Source: an uncultured Syntrophomonadaceae bacterium
Lineage (GTDB): Bacteria > Bacillota > Dethiobacteria > DTU022
Direction of reading: 5' to 3'
DNA length: 64,000 nucleotides
NCBI GenBank assembly: GCA_964492615.1
Contig: CAZBKZ010000007.1
Coordinates: 1,883-65,882, forward strand
Each line of letters starts with the position of its first letter. Position 1 is the stretch's first letter. Shown in pieces: positions 20,901-30,242 of the stretch. The translations under genes were made by a program, and so were the position numbers. Under the pieces are notes generated by a model, which was not told the origin of the DNA, made no database searches, and saw nothing but the letters and a program-made list of their open reading frames with translations.

Positions 20901-22652
20901 TCAATCATCATAGCTGTTAAATTTATCTGGCAACCCACATAAACCTTCTATACAATCCGTTTCATTTTGAGTCGGCAACCATTTATCAATTGAAGCAGTT
21001 CCCAGGTGGCGATAGTCTGTAGCTATAAATAACGGACTTGTCTCTCCTCCTACCACAATTATCCTGATCTGTTTCGGGTCATGATACTGATTGATTAGCT
21101 CCTCATTATTAAGCCTGCTCCAAGTGCTATATGGCTCCACCCCTCTTTCAGCTTCTGATCCTAACAACATCTGTACCGTATCGGCAGCCCAAAATTTACC
21201 TGCTTCTATTTTTATACTGTTTGACAAATGAATGCTGAATTCTTCTTTTGTTTTGAACCCTTGTTTGTCCTTCAATTCCTTTGCTACTAGCGGATCCATA
21301 ATAATAGTCGCATTTGAGTATACAGATGGTATCGCTTCATACAAAATATTCATTTCTTCGGTTACTGAACGGTTGGAGGGTGCTCCAGAACTATTTATAA
21401 GCGTCCAACCACGGAATAGGCTAACAGCGTTATCTTCCTTTTTATAACCATTCTGAACATGAAAAGGCTGCCAACAACTCCTTTTTTCATTTTCCGCAAC
21501 ACACATATTGTTGTATGTAAAATTATTACCCAACGAACTCCATAATGTTTTCTTGTATTGTGAAAAACCCCAGCAGTGACTAATCAATGTCCAAGCTCTA
21601 CCAATTACTGCATTTGCTTTATTTACAGCGCTGAAAGCAGCTAAACCTGAATTGATTCCAATCTTTTCTGCAATTGGTCCATTAACCAGGACCATGGATC
21701 CAAAGGGAGTAGTAGAGGGCCGCAATGACGGTTCAGCCATAGAAGCTATAGCAAGAATAACTGGCAAATATTCTGTTTCAGCTCCAGCCATTACTGCTAT
21801 GGTTGCAATATTTGCTACTGTCGATTTTACTACTTCGTTTGTATCTTCAAGAAAAACTTCGGCAACTAATTCGTCAGGATTAACATTTGTGCCTTCTAAC
21901 ATCTTTCTCACTCTTTCTTCAGTAGGCACTATTATAGGTAACCCTTCAGTCCATCCTTTTTTATAAAAAAGAGCTTGTAGGTTTTCTTCAGTATCCGGGC
22001 CAATCAAGTTATTACAATCTTCTTGCCTTGCCGATGAATTGGGTTTAGCTCCAGCTTTTATTGGATTTACCATTTTCGTCAGCAAATCCATAATTCCTAT
22101 GTTTACTGGTTTTCCACTATGGGGATCATCGCCAGAAATATAATCGTATAATGTGTCCTGGGCCACTCCAACTACTGGATGAGGAGTGTAAACAAATTGT
22201 AAAACTTTCCCTATCGGATTCATATCAACAACTTTTTTATATTCAATAGTTGAAATTGGGGCTACGGGAACTCCATATTTACCTTCCAATTTGATCGTAG
22301 ATGCAGCGACCGCTGCAGCACAACCCGGTCACCCTGCTACCCCTAAAATGGCAGCATCGCCCTTTTCACTAATTTCCTTCCAAAGTTTTTCACAGTTCTC
22401 ATCTTCCATAAATACATTTCCCGGTTTCCTTTTCCTGACAGTTCTTACAGTTGGGTAGTAGTCGCTAAACCATTTTTGAAGGGCAAGCATAAAATAAGCA
22501 CTGCCTCCGAACCCGGTATCCACAAGGTAAACAGTTTTTCCCTCCAGTGTTGATAATCTGTTCGCCGGCGAAAAATCAACTTCTTCGGACTTACTTAAGA
22601 CTTTATCACCTGATACAGGACTTATAGCATAAATCTTTTTAGTTGATTTCAT
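20901..22652 (-). CDS. Selenoprotein, UGSC-like family, 583 aa; Sec at codon 108 (UGA 22329-22331) in a U-P-G-C motif
   Basis: The 107-aa and 462-aa ORFs are in the same frame, separated by one TGA; readthrough gives ...AILGVAG-U-PGCAAAVAASTIKLEGKYGVP; AAGGAG RBS only at the upstream ATG; SECIS-like hairpin follows. Confidence 0.85.
22302..22317 (-). promoter_or_regulatory. Bacterial SECIS element
   Basis: UGCAGC-GGUC-GCUGCA hairpin starting 12 nt after the UGA, with a G-first loop as in the E. coli fdhF SECIS. Confidence 0.8.
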
Positions 22653-23051
22653 AATGTCACTCCTTTTTCGGTTTCGGAATGGTACGCAGAATTTTTTTCG
22701 ATTATCGTGGAAATCAAATATTGTCTAATAGTATAACATAATCCTATATCTATAATAGGCTTCTATTTATTCTGTAAAAAACGCCTAAAAATAGTTATTC
22801 TAACCACCCGAGCCAATAGAAAAATAAATTGTAATTGATTCATCCAGCCTCGAGGAAGTGTGCTTTTATATAATGATTACTTGTCCCTACCCTCTCCTGT
22901 AAAGTATCAATTCCTGCTAGGAATTAGCTCAGTAGCTTTAACCTGCCTTTTGACAATGATCAACCTGAGAGCTTATAATACTAATTAATAATATTTATTA
23001 TTCGGGTACCTGCATTGCATCCATATCATATTTGAATATCACCAAGGCGGG

Positions 23052-25715
23052 ATGAACTTGGATATTGTGAAGACAAAGATTTCCCCCCCTGTCAAGGATG
23101 CAACATTCCTGGAAAGACATAACCTTATTTCCAGGTTAAACCAATGGCCGGACAAGAAGCTTACTCTGATTTCGGCTTCCGCTGGCAGTGGTAAAACCAG
23201 CCTGGTTAGTATGTGGATCCACAAGCTGATAAGCAATAAAGCTGACTGTAACGTTGCCTGGTATACCATTGATAAACACGACAACGATCCAGTTCGTTTT
23301 ATCCGTTATTTACTTTTTTCGCTACAGGAAGCTGGATACTGCGGTTTTAGTGACAGACTTAACAGTTTCTCGGAATTGCACAACATGCACCTTACCGAAA
23401 CCATGGCTTATATTGTCAGTTTACTCATAGACAACGATGACAATACTCCCCTTATTATTGTTCTTGATGATTACCAGACTATATACTCCCAGATAATACA
23501 TGAAGGAATAAATTTTTTATTGCGCTACCTTCCTTCTCACATCCATATAGTCATTTTAACTCGTAATGACCCTCCCTTGAACCTATCTTCACTGAGAGTA
23601 AAAGATCAGTTAATAGAGATCCGAACAGAAGATTTAAACTTTGATTATACTGAAAGCGAAGTATTTCTCAATAAACATCTACAGAATGACCTTGACCAGG
23701 AAACTATTGCCATGTTGCATAGGAAAACTGAAGGTTGGATAACAGGTCTTCAACTAACAGCATTATCTTTACGCAATAATAAAAAATCAAATAACCTTCA
23801 GTTGAATGAAGGAAACCATTTGATTGTCGATTACTTAATGGAAGAGGTTTATTCACAGCTTTCTGAAAAAATGCAGTCATTCCTTCTTCAAACTTCCATT
23901 TTAAGTCGATTTACTGTTTCTTTATGTGAATATGTTACCGGAATAGAAGAGAGCTACGAATTAATTGAGGCGCTCAGACGAGACAATCTTTTCATAGTAC
24001 CACTTGATCACGATGGGGAATGGTTCAGGTACCAAAATCAATTTTCTTATTTTTTACAGAGAAGGCTTCCTATAAATAACCAGGATAAAATGTGTGAGTT
24101 GCATACCAGAGCAGCCAACTGGCACTATAAAAAAAGACTTCGTCATGAGGCTTTTGATCATGCTGTTTCATCTCAAAATCCTGAATTAATTAATAAACTT
24201 GCGGAGGGTTATGTTGAAGAGCTATGGATAGCCGGTGAACATGCCCTCTTAATGGAACGCATGTCGCAAATCCCGGAGCCGGTAATGGAGAAAAATGCTC
24301 ATTTACGATTATTTTGGGCTTTGTTACGAATGGATTATGGGAAAATAGATACAAAACTACTAAAAACAGTTTTTTCCGAAAGCGCGAATAGCTTTTCAAG
24401 CAAAGAACTGGGTATGCTTGAAACAATCAGGGCTTCTTACGGCAACATTATTCAGAAATCAGAGATCATCAAAAGACATGCATCTTCGGCTATTGAACAT
24501 TTCAGTCGTTCTAATCCTGTATGGCAGAACAACGCCATATGTGTTCTTGCCCGGAATTATTATCTTTCAGGTGACCTGCAAGAAGCAGAAAAATACTTCC
24601 GTTTCGCATATCGTGAATCAATCTTAAATAGAAGTAGAAATATTGACTATCAGGCAGCATTTCATCTTGCCGATACCCTTCGGTCACAAGGCAGGTTCAA
24701 GGAAGCAAAAACACTCTGTCTTGAAAAATTGAAAGAAATAGAAAGCTGTGGCCTCTACCAGTTATTATACTCTGGTAGTTTTTACGTTGTCATGGGTGAA
24801 ATTTCCTGTGAAGAAAACGATATTAAATCGGCGCTTACCTATGGAGTGAAAAGTATAAAATTAGCAGAACAAAGAAACAACAGTCTCTCTCTGTGCATAA
24901 GCTACAAAAAACTGCTTAACACTTATATATCTATTAGAGATTACGATAAGATCAAAACCATATTAAATAAACTTCTTTCTTTAAAGAATAACACCTTTCT
25001 TCCTTCATGGATTGAAACAACTTTTCGCCTTGCTCAATCTGTTTTATATATACTGGATGAGAAAAACGATGAAGCGATCCAGGTTCTTCAACCGCCAAGT
25101 ATAAACAATAATTCAACCACAAAATTAACTAACGAAGACATAAGGGAATTACTATTCCTCTCTCGCCTGTATCTTCAAACCGGCAACCCCGGCAAGGCCG
25201 AACCTATCATTAAGAAGCTTAAGTTCAGACTGGCGAAAAATAACCGCTGGACATCATATCTAAATTGCCTTATTAATGAAGCTGCATACTGGGAACAGAT
25301 GGGAAATGAACAAAAAGCAGAAGAATGCGTTTGTGAAGCTCTGGAACTTGGTTTCCAAAAAGAATACTTGCGGACTTTTATCAATGCAGGCCCATTGCTG
25401 CAGTACAGGATGAGCAAGTTGAACCGAATGAATAAGCTTAGCAATTATGGTAAGAACATCTTAAATTATATTGAAACAGATCTATCTTCCAGAGCTGATT
25501 GCATTAACACCAACACTCAACTGGATCCACTCAGCCCAAGAGAATACGAGATCCTTAAGCTTTTACCCACCCAGTTATCCTACCCTGAAATTGCGGACCA
25601 CCTTTACATTTCCTATAGCACTGTTCGTTCACATGTAAAAAATATATACATGAAGCTAAATGCACACAGCCGCCTTGAAGCAGTAAATATTGGTCGCGCG
25701 CGCGGTTTAATCTAA
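23052..25715 (+). CDS. MalT-like (STAND ATPase-TPR-LuxR) transcriptional regulator
   Basis: TKISPP, SAGSGKTS, LDDY, TEGW, C-terminal 'LSPREYEIL...TVRSHVKNIYMKL' LuxR HTH. Confidence 0.9.
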   Translation: MNLDIVKTKISPPVKDATFLERHNLISRLNQWPDKKLTLISASAGSGKTSLVSMWIHKLISNKADCNVAWYTIDKHDNDPVRFIRYLLFSLQEAGYCGFSDRLNSFSELHNMHLTETMAYIVSLLIDNDDNTPLIIVLDDYQTIYSQIIHEGINFLLRYLPSHIHIVILTRNDPPLNLSSLRVKDQLIEIRTEDLNFDYTESEVFLNKHLQNDLDQETIAMLHRKTEGWITGLQLTALSLRNNKKSNNLQLNEGNHLIVDYLMEEVYSQLSEKMQSFLLQTSILSRFTVSLCEYVTGIEESYELIEALRRDNLFIVPLDHDGEWFRYQNQFSYFLQRRLPINNQDKMCELHTRAANWHYKKRLRHEAFDHAVSSQNPELINKLAEGYVEELWIAGEHALLMERMSQIPEPVMEKNAHLRLFWALLRMDYGKIDTKLLKTVFSESANSFSSKELGMLETIRASYGNIIQKSEIIKRHASSAIEHFSRSNPVWQNNAICVLARNYYLSGDLQEAEKYFRFAYRESILNRSRNIDYQAAFHLADTLRSQGRFKEAKTLCLEKLKEIESCGLYQLLYSGSFYVVMGEISCEENDIKSALTYGVKSIKLAEQRNNSLSLCISYKKLLNTYISIRDYDKIKTILNKLLSLKNNTFLPSWIETTFRLAQSVLYILDEKNDEAIQVLQPPSINNNSTTKLTNEDIRELLFLSRLYLQTGNPGKAEPIIKKLKFRLAKNNRWTSYLNCLINEAAYWEQMGNEQKAEECVCEALELGFQKEYLRTFINAGPLLQYRMSKLNRMNKLSNYGKNILNYIETDLSSRADCINTNTQLDPLSPREYEILKLLPTQLSYPEIADHLYISYSTVRSHVKNIYMKLNAHSRLEAVNIGRARGLI

Positions 25716-25735
25716 ATATACCCAAACCTCCTAAC

Positions 25736-25764
25736 AATCTGAAAATACCTCAATTGAGGGATGT
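25736..25764 (+). promoter_or_regulatory. 29-bp operator copy 1 (AATCTGAAAATACCTCAATTGAGGGATGT)
   Basis: Identical to 27394-27422; contains palindrome CCTCAATTGAGG; CATAAT lies 17 nt downstream. Confidence 0.75.
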
Positions 25765-25824
25765 ATCAGATAAGTATCAGGCATAATCTGTTAACAAATG
25801 ATACCACTAGGAGGCGTAATAAAA

Positions 25825-26742
25825 ATGCAAGATAAATACTCTCACCTGGTTAAGCCACTTTTAGTTCAACCCCCCCCGGAAAACCTCTACACGGAAACCC
25901 GAGTTTGGATGGAAGGAAAAGATCTTGAAGGTTTTAATGCCCACTTTTCATATGGATTTATTAAAAATCCATCTACTTTTCACCCTGTAGAAGGCTCTAT
26001 TGTTCATCCGTTTGATGAATGCCTTGTTTTTGTAGGCACTAAAAATGACGATTTACTTTACCTGGGCGCAGAAATATCAATCACGCTCGGAGATGAACAA
26101 GAGGAATATACTTTTTGTAAACCGTCCGTTGTTGTAATACCTAAAGGAATGCCTCATGGCCCTGTTACAGTTAAAAGTATAGATCGACCAATCGTACATT
26201 ACAGCATTGGCCTCGCCCCCGAATATAAAGCAGAAATAATTAACAATAAAACTATTGCTGCCAAGACTAACAGCAATAAATACAGCCATCTGATCAAAAC
26301 AATCAAACCTTTAGAAACATTGGATCCTGAAGGAAACCCAAGGAATCCTCAAGTAGGTCAATTGGGACCAGGAAACGCTGATCAGATAATGTGGGTTTAC
26401 GGAGAAGACCTTGAAGGGCTCGAAGTTAATTTCACATGGGGTTTTTATTCTCAGTGCGGTATCTGGCATCGAGGTGGTACAGCACATACACATCCTGAAG
26501 AAGAAATTTTAGTTTTTCCCGGTTTGAACCCTGATGATCTTAATGATTTCGGGGCAGAATTGGAAATTGCCCTGGGATACGAATTTGAGAGGCACATCAT
26601 CAATAGCCCTACCGTCGTTATCTGCCCTCAGGGCTTTCCTCACAACCCAGTCGTAGCAAGATGGGTAGATAATCCTTATGGATTTATAGTCTGCTGCCTG
26701 AGTGGCGAACATGATTCGCCTTGGGTAGATATCAAGGAATAA
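25825..26742 (+). CDS. Uncharacterised bicupin-like protein (two internal repeats)
   Basis: Repeats begin 'KYSHL'; motifs HPFDE...PKGMPHGP and HTHPEEE...PQGFPHNP; AGGAGG RBS. Confidence 0.7.
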   Translation: MQDKYSHLVKPLLVQPPPENLYTETRVWMEGKDLEGFNAHFSYGFIKNPSTFHPVEGSIVHPFDECLVFVGTKNDDLLYLGAEISITLGDEQEEYTFCKPSVVVIPKGMPHGPVTVKSIDRPIVHYSIGLAPEYKAEIINNKTIAAKTNSNKYSHLIKTIKPLETLDPEGNPRNPQVGQLGPGNADQIMWVYGEDLEGLEVNFTWGFYSQCGIWHRGGTAHTHPEEEILVFPGLNPDDLNDFGAELEIALGYEFERHIINSPTVVICPQGFPHNPVVARWVDNPYGFIVCCLSGEHDSPWVDIKE

Positions 26743-26773
26743 ACAGCTTTTATTATGATTGGAGGGTTACTAT

Positions 26774-27223
26774 ATGAGTAAATCACTTTATGAGGACTAT
26801 ATCCTCAGAGATATTCAGCTTCACGGACATCCACATGAAGACGATGTAGAATACCCGGTAATGGCTATGAAAACACTTACAGACTACGGAAATCACGGGT
26901 GCGCCTTAAGCTGGTGGCCAATTAGTAAACCTATGGCTATGGTAAAAGATACTCACTCTCATGACTTTGATCAGTATTTAATGTTTATTGGTGGTGACCT
27001 TACAAACATGAATGAGCTGGGTGGTGAAGTAGAACTGACTATTGGGCTTCCAGGGAAAGCACTTGAAACCATTACATTTACAAAAGCCACCACTTTTTTT
27101 GTGCCAGCCGGCATGTTACATGGACCACTTTACTTTAAAGAAATAAAGAATCCCCTGAAGCCAATATTGTTCCATGATTTCTTCTTTGCCGGAGAATATA
27201 GTAGAAAAGTTGAATCTGTTTAA
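26774..27223 (+). CDS. Uncharacterised monocupin-like protein of the same family
   Basis: HSHDFDQYL..IGG, LGGEVELTIG, PAGMLHGP; GGAGG RBS. Confidence 0.7.
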   Translation: MSKSLYEDYILRDIQLHGHPHEDDVEYPVMAMKTLTDYGNHGCALSWWPISKPMAMVKDTHSHDFDQYLMFIGGDLTNMNELGGEVELTIGLPGKALETITFTKATTFFVPAGMLHGPLYFKEIKNPLKPILFHDFFFAGEYSRKVESV

Positions 27224-27393
27224 GCAATCCCGGTTTATTCCTGATTACTGAATAAAGTAGTATATTTTTCAACATAACCCTAAGAACGTGCAATCCGGCC
27301 TTACATTGAAGTCATAGTATAAGCGGAAGTGTAAATTAAGCATAAGGTTATTTGTTGTTTAAGATATTTAAAAATGATTACTGTTCTTTCAAT

Positions 27394-27422
27394 AATCTGA
27401 AAATACCTCAATTGAGGGATGT
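27394..27422 (+). promoter_or_regulatory. 29-bp operator copy 2
   Basis: Exact copy of 25736-25764; AATAGT (-10-like) at the same 17-nt distance. Confidence 0.75.
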
Positions 27423-27482
27423 GCTGAATCAAAATTAACAATAGTTTTATAGTAAGTCATGATACAAGGAGGATCTAAAAGC

Positions 27483-28418
27483 ATGGATAAAGAGTATTCC
27501 CATTTGATTAAACCCTTGGTTGTTAAAAGCCCTCCTGAAGGATTATACCCAACGGAGCCCCGCTTTTGGATGGAAGGAAAAGATCTAGAAGGTTTTCAAG
27601 GCCATTTTTCATACGGTTTTTATAAAAAACCGACCACATTACACCCTACAGAGGGATCAGTTGTTCACCCCCATGACGAATGTCTGGTATTTGTAGGAAC
27701 AGATCACACTAATATACTGTATTTAGGTGCTGAGGTATCGATAGAACTCGGAGAAGAACGGGAAGAACACATTTTTAACGAGCCTACAGTGATAGTCATC
27801 CCAAAAGGTCTTCCTCACGGACCAGTAAAAATCAACAAAGTTGAAAAACCAATAATACATTATAGTATAGGTTTAGGACCCGAATATAAAGCAGAAATAC
27901 TTTATGAAAACGCCACTAAACCTAAAACAAATAGTAATAAATATAGCCATTTGGTCAAAAAATTCATTTCGCATCCTGAACCAGGATCTTCAATGGCTGA
28001 TATTGCAGACGAGAAAGGAGTAATGCATGCTTCTACAGGCGGAGTAGGCCCTGGTAATGGCGATGAAGTAGTCTGGGTCTTTGGTAAGGATCTTGAAGGC
28101 CTTGAAATCAACTTCAGCTGGGGTTTTTATACCCAGTGCGGTAAATGGCATAGAGGAGGTGAAGCTCACACCCACCCCGAAGAGGAGATCCTGGTCTATG
28201 TTGGACTTGATCCCGAAAACATCGATTACCTTGGAGCAGAGCTGGAACTTGGCATGGGGAAAGATTATGAACGTCATATCTTTAACACTCCCACTGTGGC
28301 GATTTGCCCACAAGGATTCCCACACCTTCCGCTTATAACAAGATGGGTTGACAAGCCATATGGTTTCTTCGTTTGCTGCCTGAGCGGAGACCATGACTCG
28401 CCCTGGGTGGAGGCTTAA
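27483..28418 (+). CDS. Uncharacterised bicupin-like protein, paralogue of 25825-26742
   Basis: Shared blocks WMEGKDLEGF, DECLVFVG, QCGxWHRGG.AHTHPEEEIL, CCLSG.HDSPWV. Confidence 0.72.
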   Translation: MDKEYSHLIKPLVVKSPPEGLYPTEPRFWMEGKDLEGFQGHFSYGFYKKPTTLHPTEGSVVHPHDECLVFVGTDHTNILYLGAEVSIELGEEREEHIFNEPTVIVIPKGLPHGPVKINKVEKPIIHYSIGLGPEYKAEILYENATKPKTNSNKYSHLVKKFISHPEPGSSMADIADEKGVMHASTGGVGPGNGDEVVWVFGKDLEGLEINFSWGFYTQCGKWHRGGEAHTHPEEEILVYVGLDPENIDYLGAELELGMGKDYERHIFNTPTVAICPQGFPHLPLITRWVDKPYGFFVCCLSGDHDSPWVEA

Positions 28419-28481
28419 TATCGTGAGATTGCTTATTATGGTTTTTCACGTTTACAAATTCATACCATCGGAGGTAAAGTT

Positions 28482-29576
28482 ATGAAAAAAAGCACTTTAA
28501 TGTATATTGCTTTAATCTTAATTATGGGCTTGTTATTTATCAGCGGTTGTTCAGGAGACACTTCAACACCTTCCGAATCAGAAGCTGAAAGTGAAGGCCC
28601 TGAGGAGATTGCTGAAGGACCAACAGCAGATGAACCCATTAATCTTGTTTTTGCAACATGGGAGCAGCCTACTACCGCGCTGGGTGTAATCTATCAAGAA
28701 GCAGCTGATCGCATTGAAGAAGAAACAGGTGGCAGAGTAGTAATGGAATGTTATTTCTCCGGTTCGTTACTGGAATACGCAGATGTGTTCCCCGGCGTTG
28801 CCTCTGGAAGGGCAGACATTGCCACAGCAATTTCATCTATGGCAACGGGAAAACTTAACCAGATATTTGATCAACCATACATAGGTATTCCTGATCAGGT
28901 AGAAGCAACAAAGGCATTTAAGGAGCTTTTAGTAACACGTCCGGAATTTCAGGAGGAAATGGAGCAGAACAACACACGGTGGATCAGCTTGCGAGCTATG
29001 CCCCCATACTGGTTACATACTGTTACTAAGCCAGTCAGAGTTCCTGATGATCTGAGGGGAACTAAGATAATGGCCAGTGGAGACACAATTGTTGATGTTT
29101 CTGGCGGTGCCTCCATTAATGCAGCTCCACCAGATATGTACATGAACCTTGAAAGAGGTCTCGCTGACGGACAAATTACCCACTGGAATGCAATAGTAAC
29201 CTTTGGCTTAAAAGAGCTATTTAATTACCATACCAGTTTCGGAGGTCCTCAAACCGGCCTGAAAGCCAGTGCAATCGGCTGGGTTATCAACCTTGACACC
29301 TGGAACAGCCTGCCCTCTGATATACAGGATATAATTGTTGAAGTATATGAATGGGCTGATATTGAACTAGGCAAACATGCTGAAGGCCAGGATGCTATGG
29401 CATGGTCCCGTGAGCAAGGTCATGAATTCATCGAGGTTACCGGTGAAGATCTCATACCCTGGGAAGAAGTTGCACAGCCAACAGTAGATAAATGGATCGA
29501 GGACGCAACAGCTGCAGGTTGGCCCGCCGCTGAAATCTGGGATTATTTTGGCGAATTAATTGAAAAACACAGGTAA
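28482..29576 (+). CDS. dctP: TRAP transporter substrate-binding lipoprotein DctP
   Basis: Lipobox 'FISGC', acidic linker, 'GRADIA', 'PDDLRG', 'YMNLERG..DG', 'WNSLP.D.Q'. Confidence 0.85.
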   Translation: MKKSTLMYIALILIMGLLFISGCSGDTSTPSESEAESEGPEEIAEGPTADEPINLVFATWEQPTTALGVIYQEAADRIEEETGGRVVMECYFSGSLLEYADVFPGVASGRADIATAISSMATGKLNQIFDQPYIGIPDQVEATKAFKELLVTRPEFQEEMEQNNTRWISLRAMPPYWLHTVTKPVRVPDDLRGTKIMASGDTIVDVSGGASINAAPPDMYMNLERGLADGQITHWNAIVTFGLKELFNYHTSFGGPQTGLKASAIGWVINLDTWNSLPSDIQDIIVEVYEWADIELGKHAEGQDAMAWSREQGHEFIEVTGEDLIPWEEVAQPTVDKWIEDATAAGWPAAEIWDYFGELIEKHR

Positions 29577-29652
29577 AATGAATATTTTATTATACAAAAT
29601 AATATGATTTATTTAATAAATAACAGTTAAAAATCATTTATTAAAGGCTTGG

Positions 29653-29691
29653 GACTGCAAGCGCAGCAATGATACATCTGCGCTTGCAGTC
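29653..29691. repeat. 14-bp perfect inverted repeat between dctP and dctQ
   Basis: GACTGCAAGCGCAG-N11-CTGCGCTTGCAGTC; no T tract. Confidence 0.8.
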
Positions 29692-29747
29692 TATAGAAAT
29701 AGCACATACCCATATTACATCTCTCTCCAATCATTCAGGATTAAGGG

Positions 29748-30242
29748 GTGATAAATTTGAGAAAAGCTGAAAAACTTATCTACTGGATAAGTGAAACATC
29801 AGCGATTATAGCAACAGTAGTGTTAATCCTCCTGATGCTCATTACCGTCAGCGATGTATTAATCCGCACTTTTTTTAACGAAACTATTCTTGGAATTGTT
29901 GAACTTACCGAAATGATGATGCCTGTTATAGGCTTTCTCGGTATAGCTTGGTGCGCTTTGCAGGGTGGTCATGTTGCAGTAGATATCCTGATTAGTTCGC
30001 TGTCTGAAGGAAAACAAAAAGTTTTTGATATTTTAAATTACCTGTTAGCAATTGTGATTACTTTTTTAATTGGTTGGCATACTCTGCAGCAGAGTTTCTT
30101 TATTAAACAGATTAATGTTGTAACTGATAGCCTGGACCTTCCAAAATACCCATTCATGATCATCGCCGCAGTAGGTTTCTTCTTAATGACTCTTGCTGTA
30201 TTTATCCTATTATTAAAAACATTTGAGCGGAGGGAGCACTAA
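29748..30242 (+). CDS. dctQ: TRAP transporter small permease DctQ
   Basis: 4 TM segments, 'DVLIR', 'GGHVAVD'. Confidence 0.85.
   Translation: MINLRKAEKLIYWISETSAIIATVVLILLMLITVSDVLIRTFFNETILGIVELTEMMMPVIGFLGIAWCALQGGHVAVDILISSLSEGKQKVFDILNYLLAIVITFLIGWHTLQQSFFIKQINVVTDSLDLPKYPFMIIAAVGFFLMTLAVFILLLKTFERREH

Noticed and set aside
20901-22289. 462-aa ORF as an independent gene or pseudogene fragment
   Set aside because: TTG start has no RBS; the UxxC motif and SECIS favour one selenoprotein
22841-22860. Third copy of the 29-bp operator upstream of the selenoprotein (CCTC...GGATG on the minus strand)
   Set aside because: Spacing is one base shorter and the palindrome core is not conserved; too weak to call
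27270-27360. Imperfect inverted repeat (CAACATAACC...GGTTATTTGTTG) as a MITE or ncRNA
   Set aside because: Short, AT-rich and imperfect, with no target duplication or second copy seen
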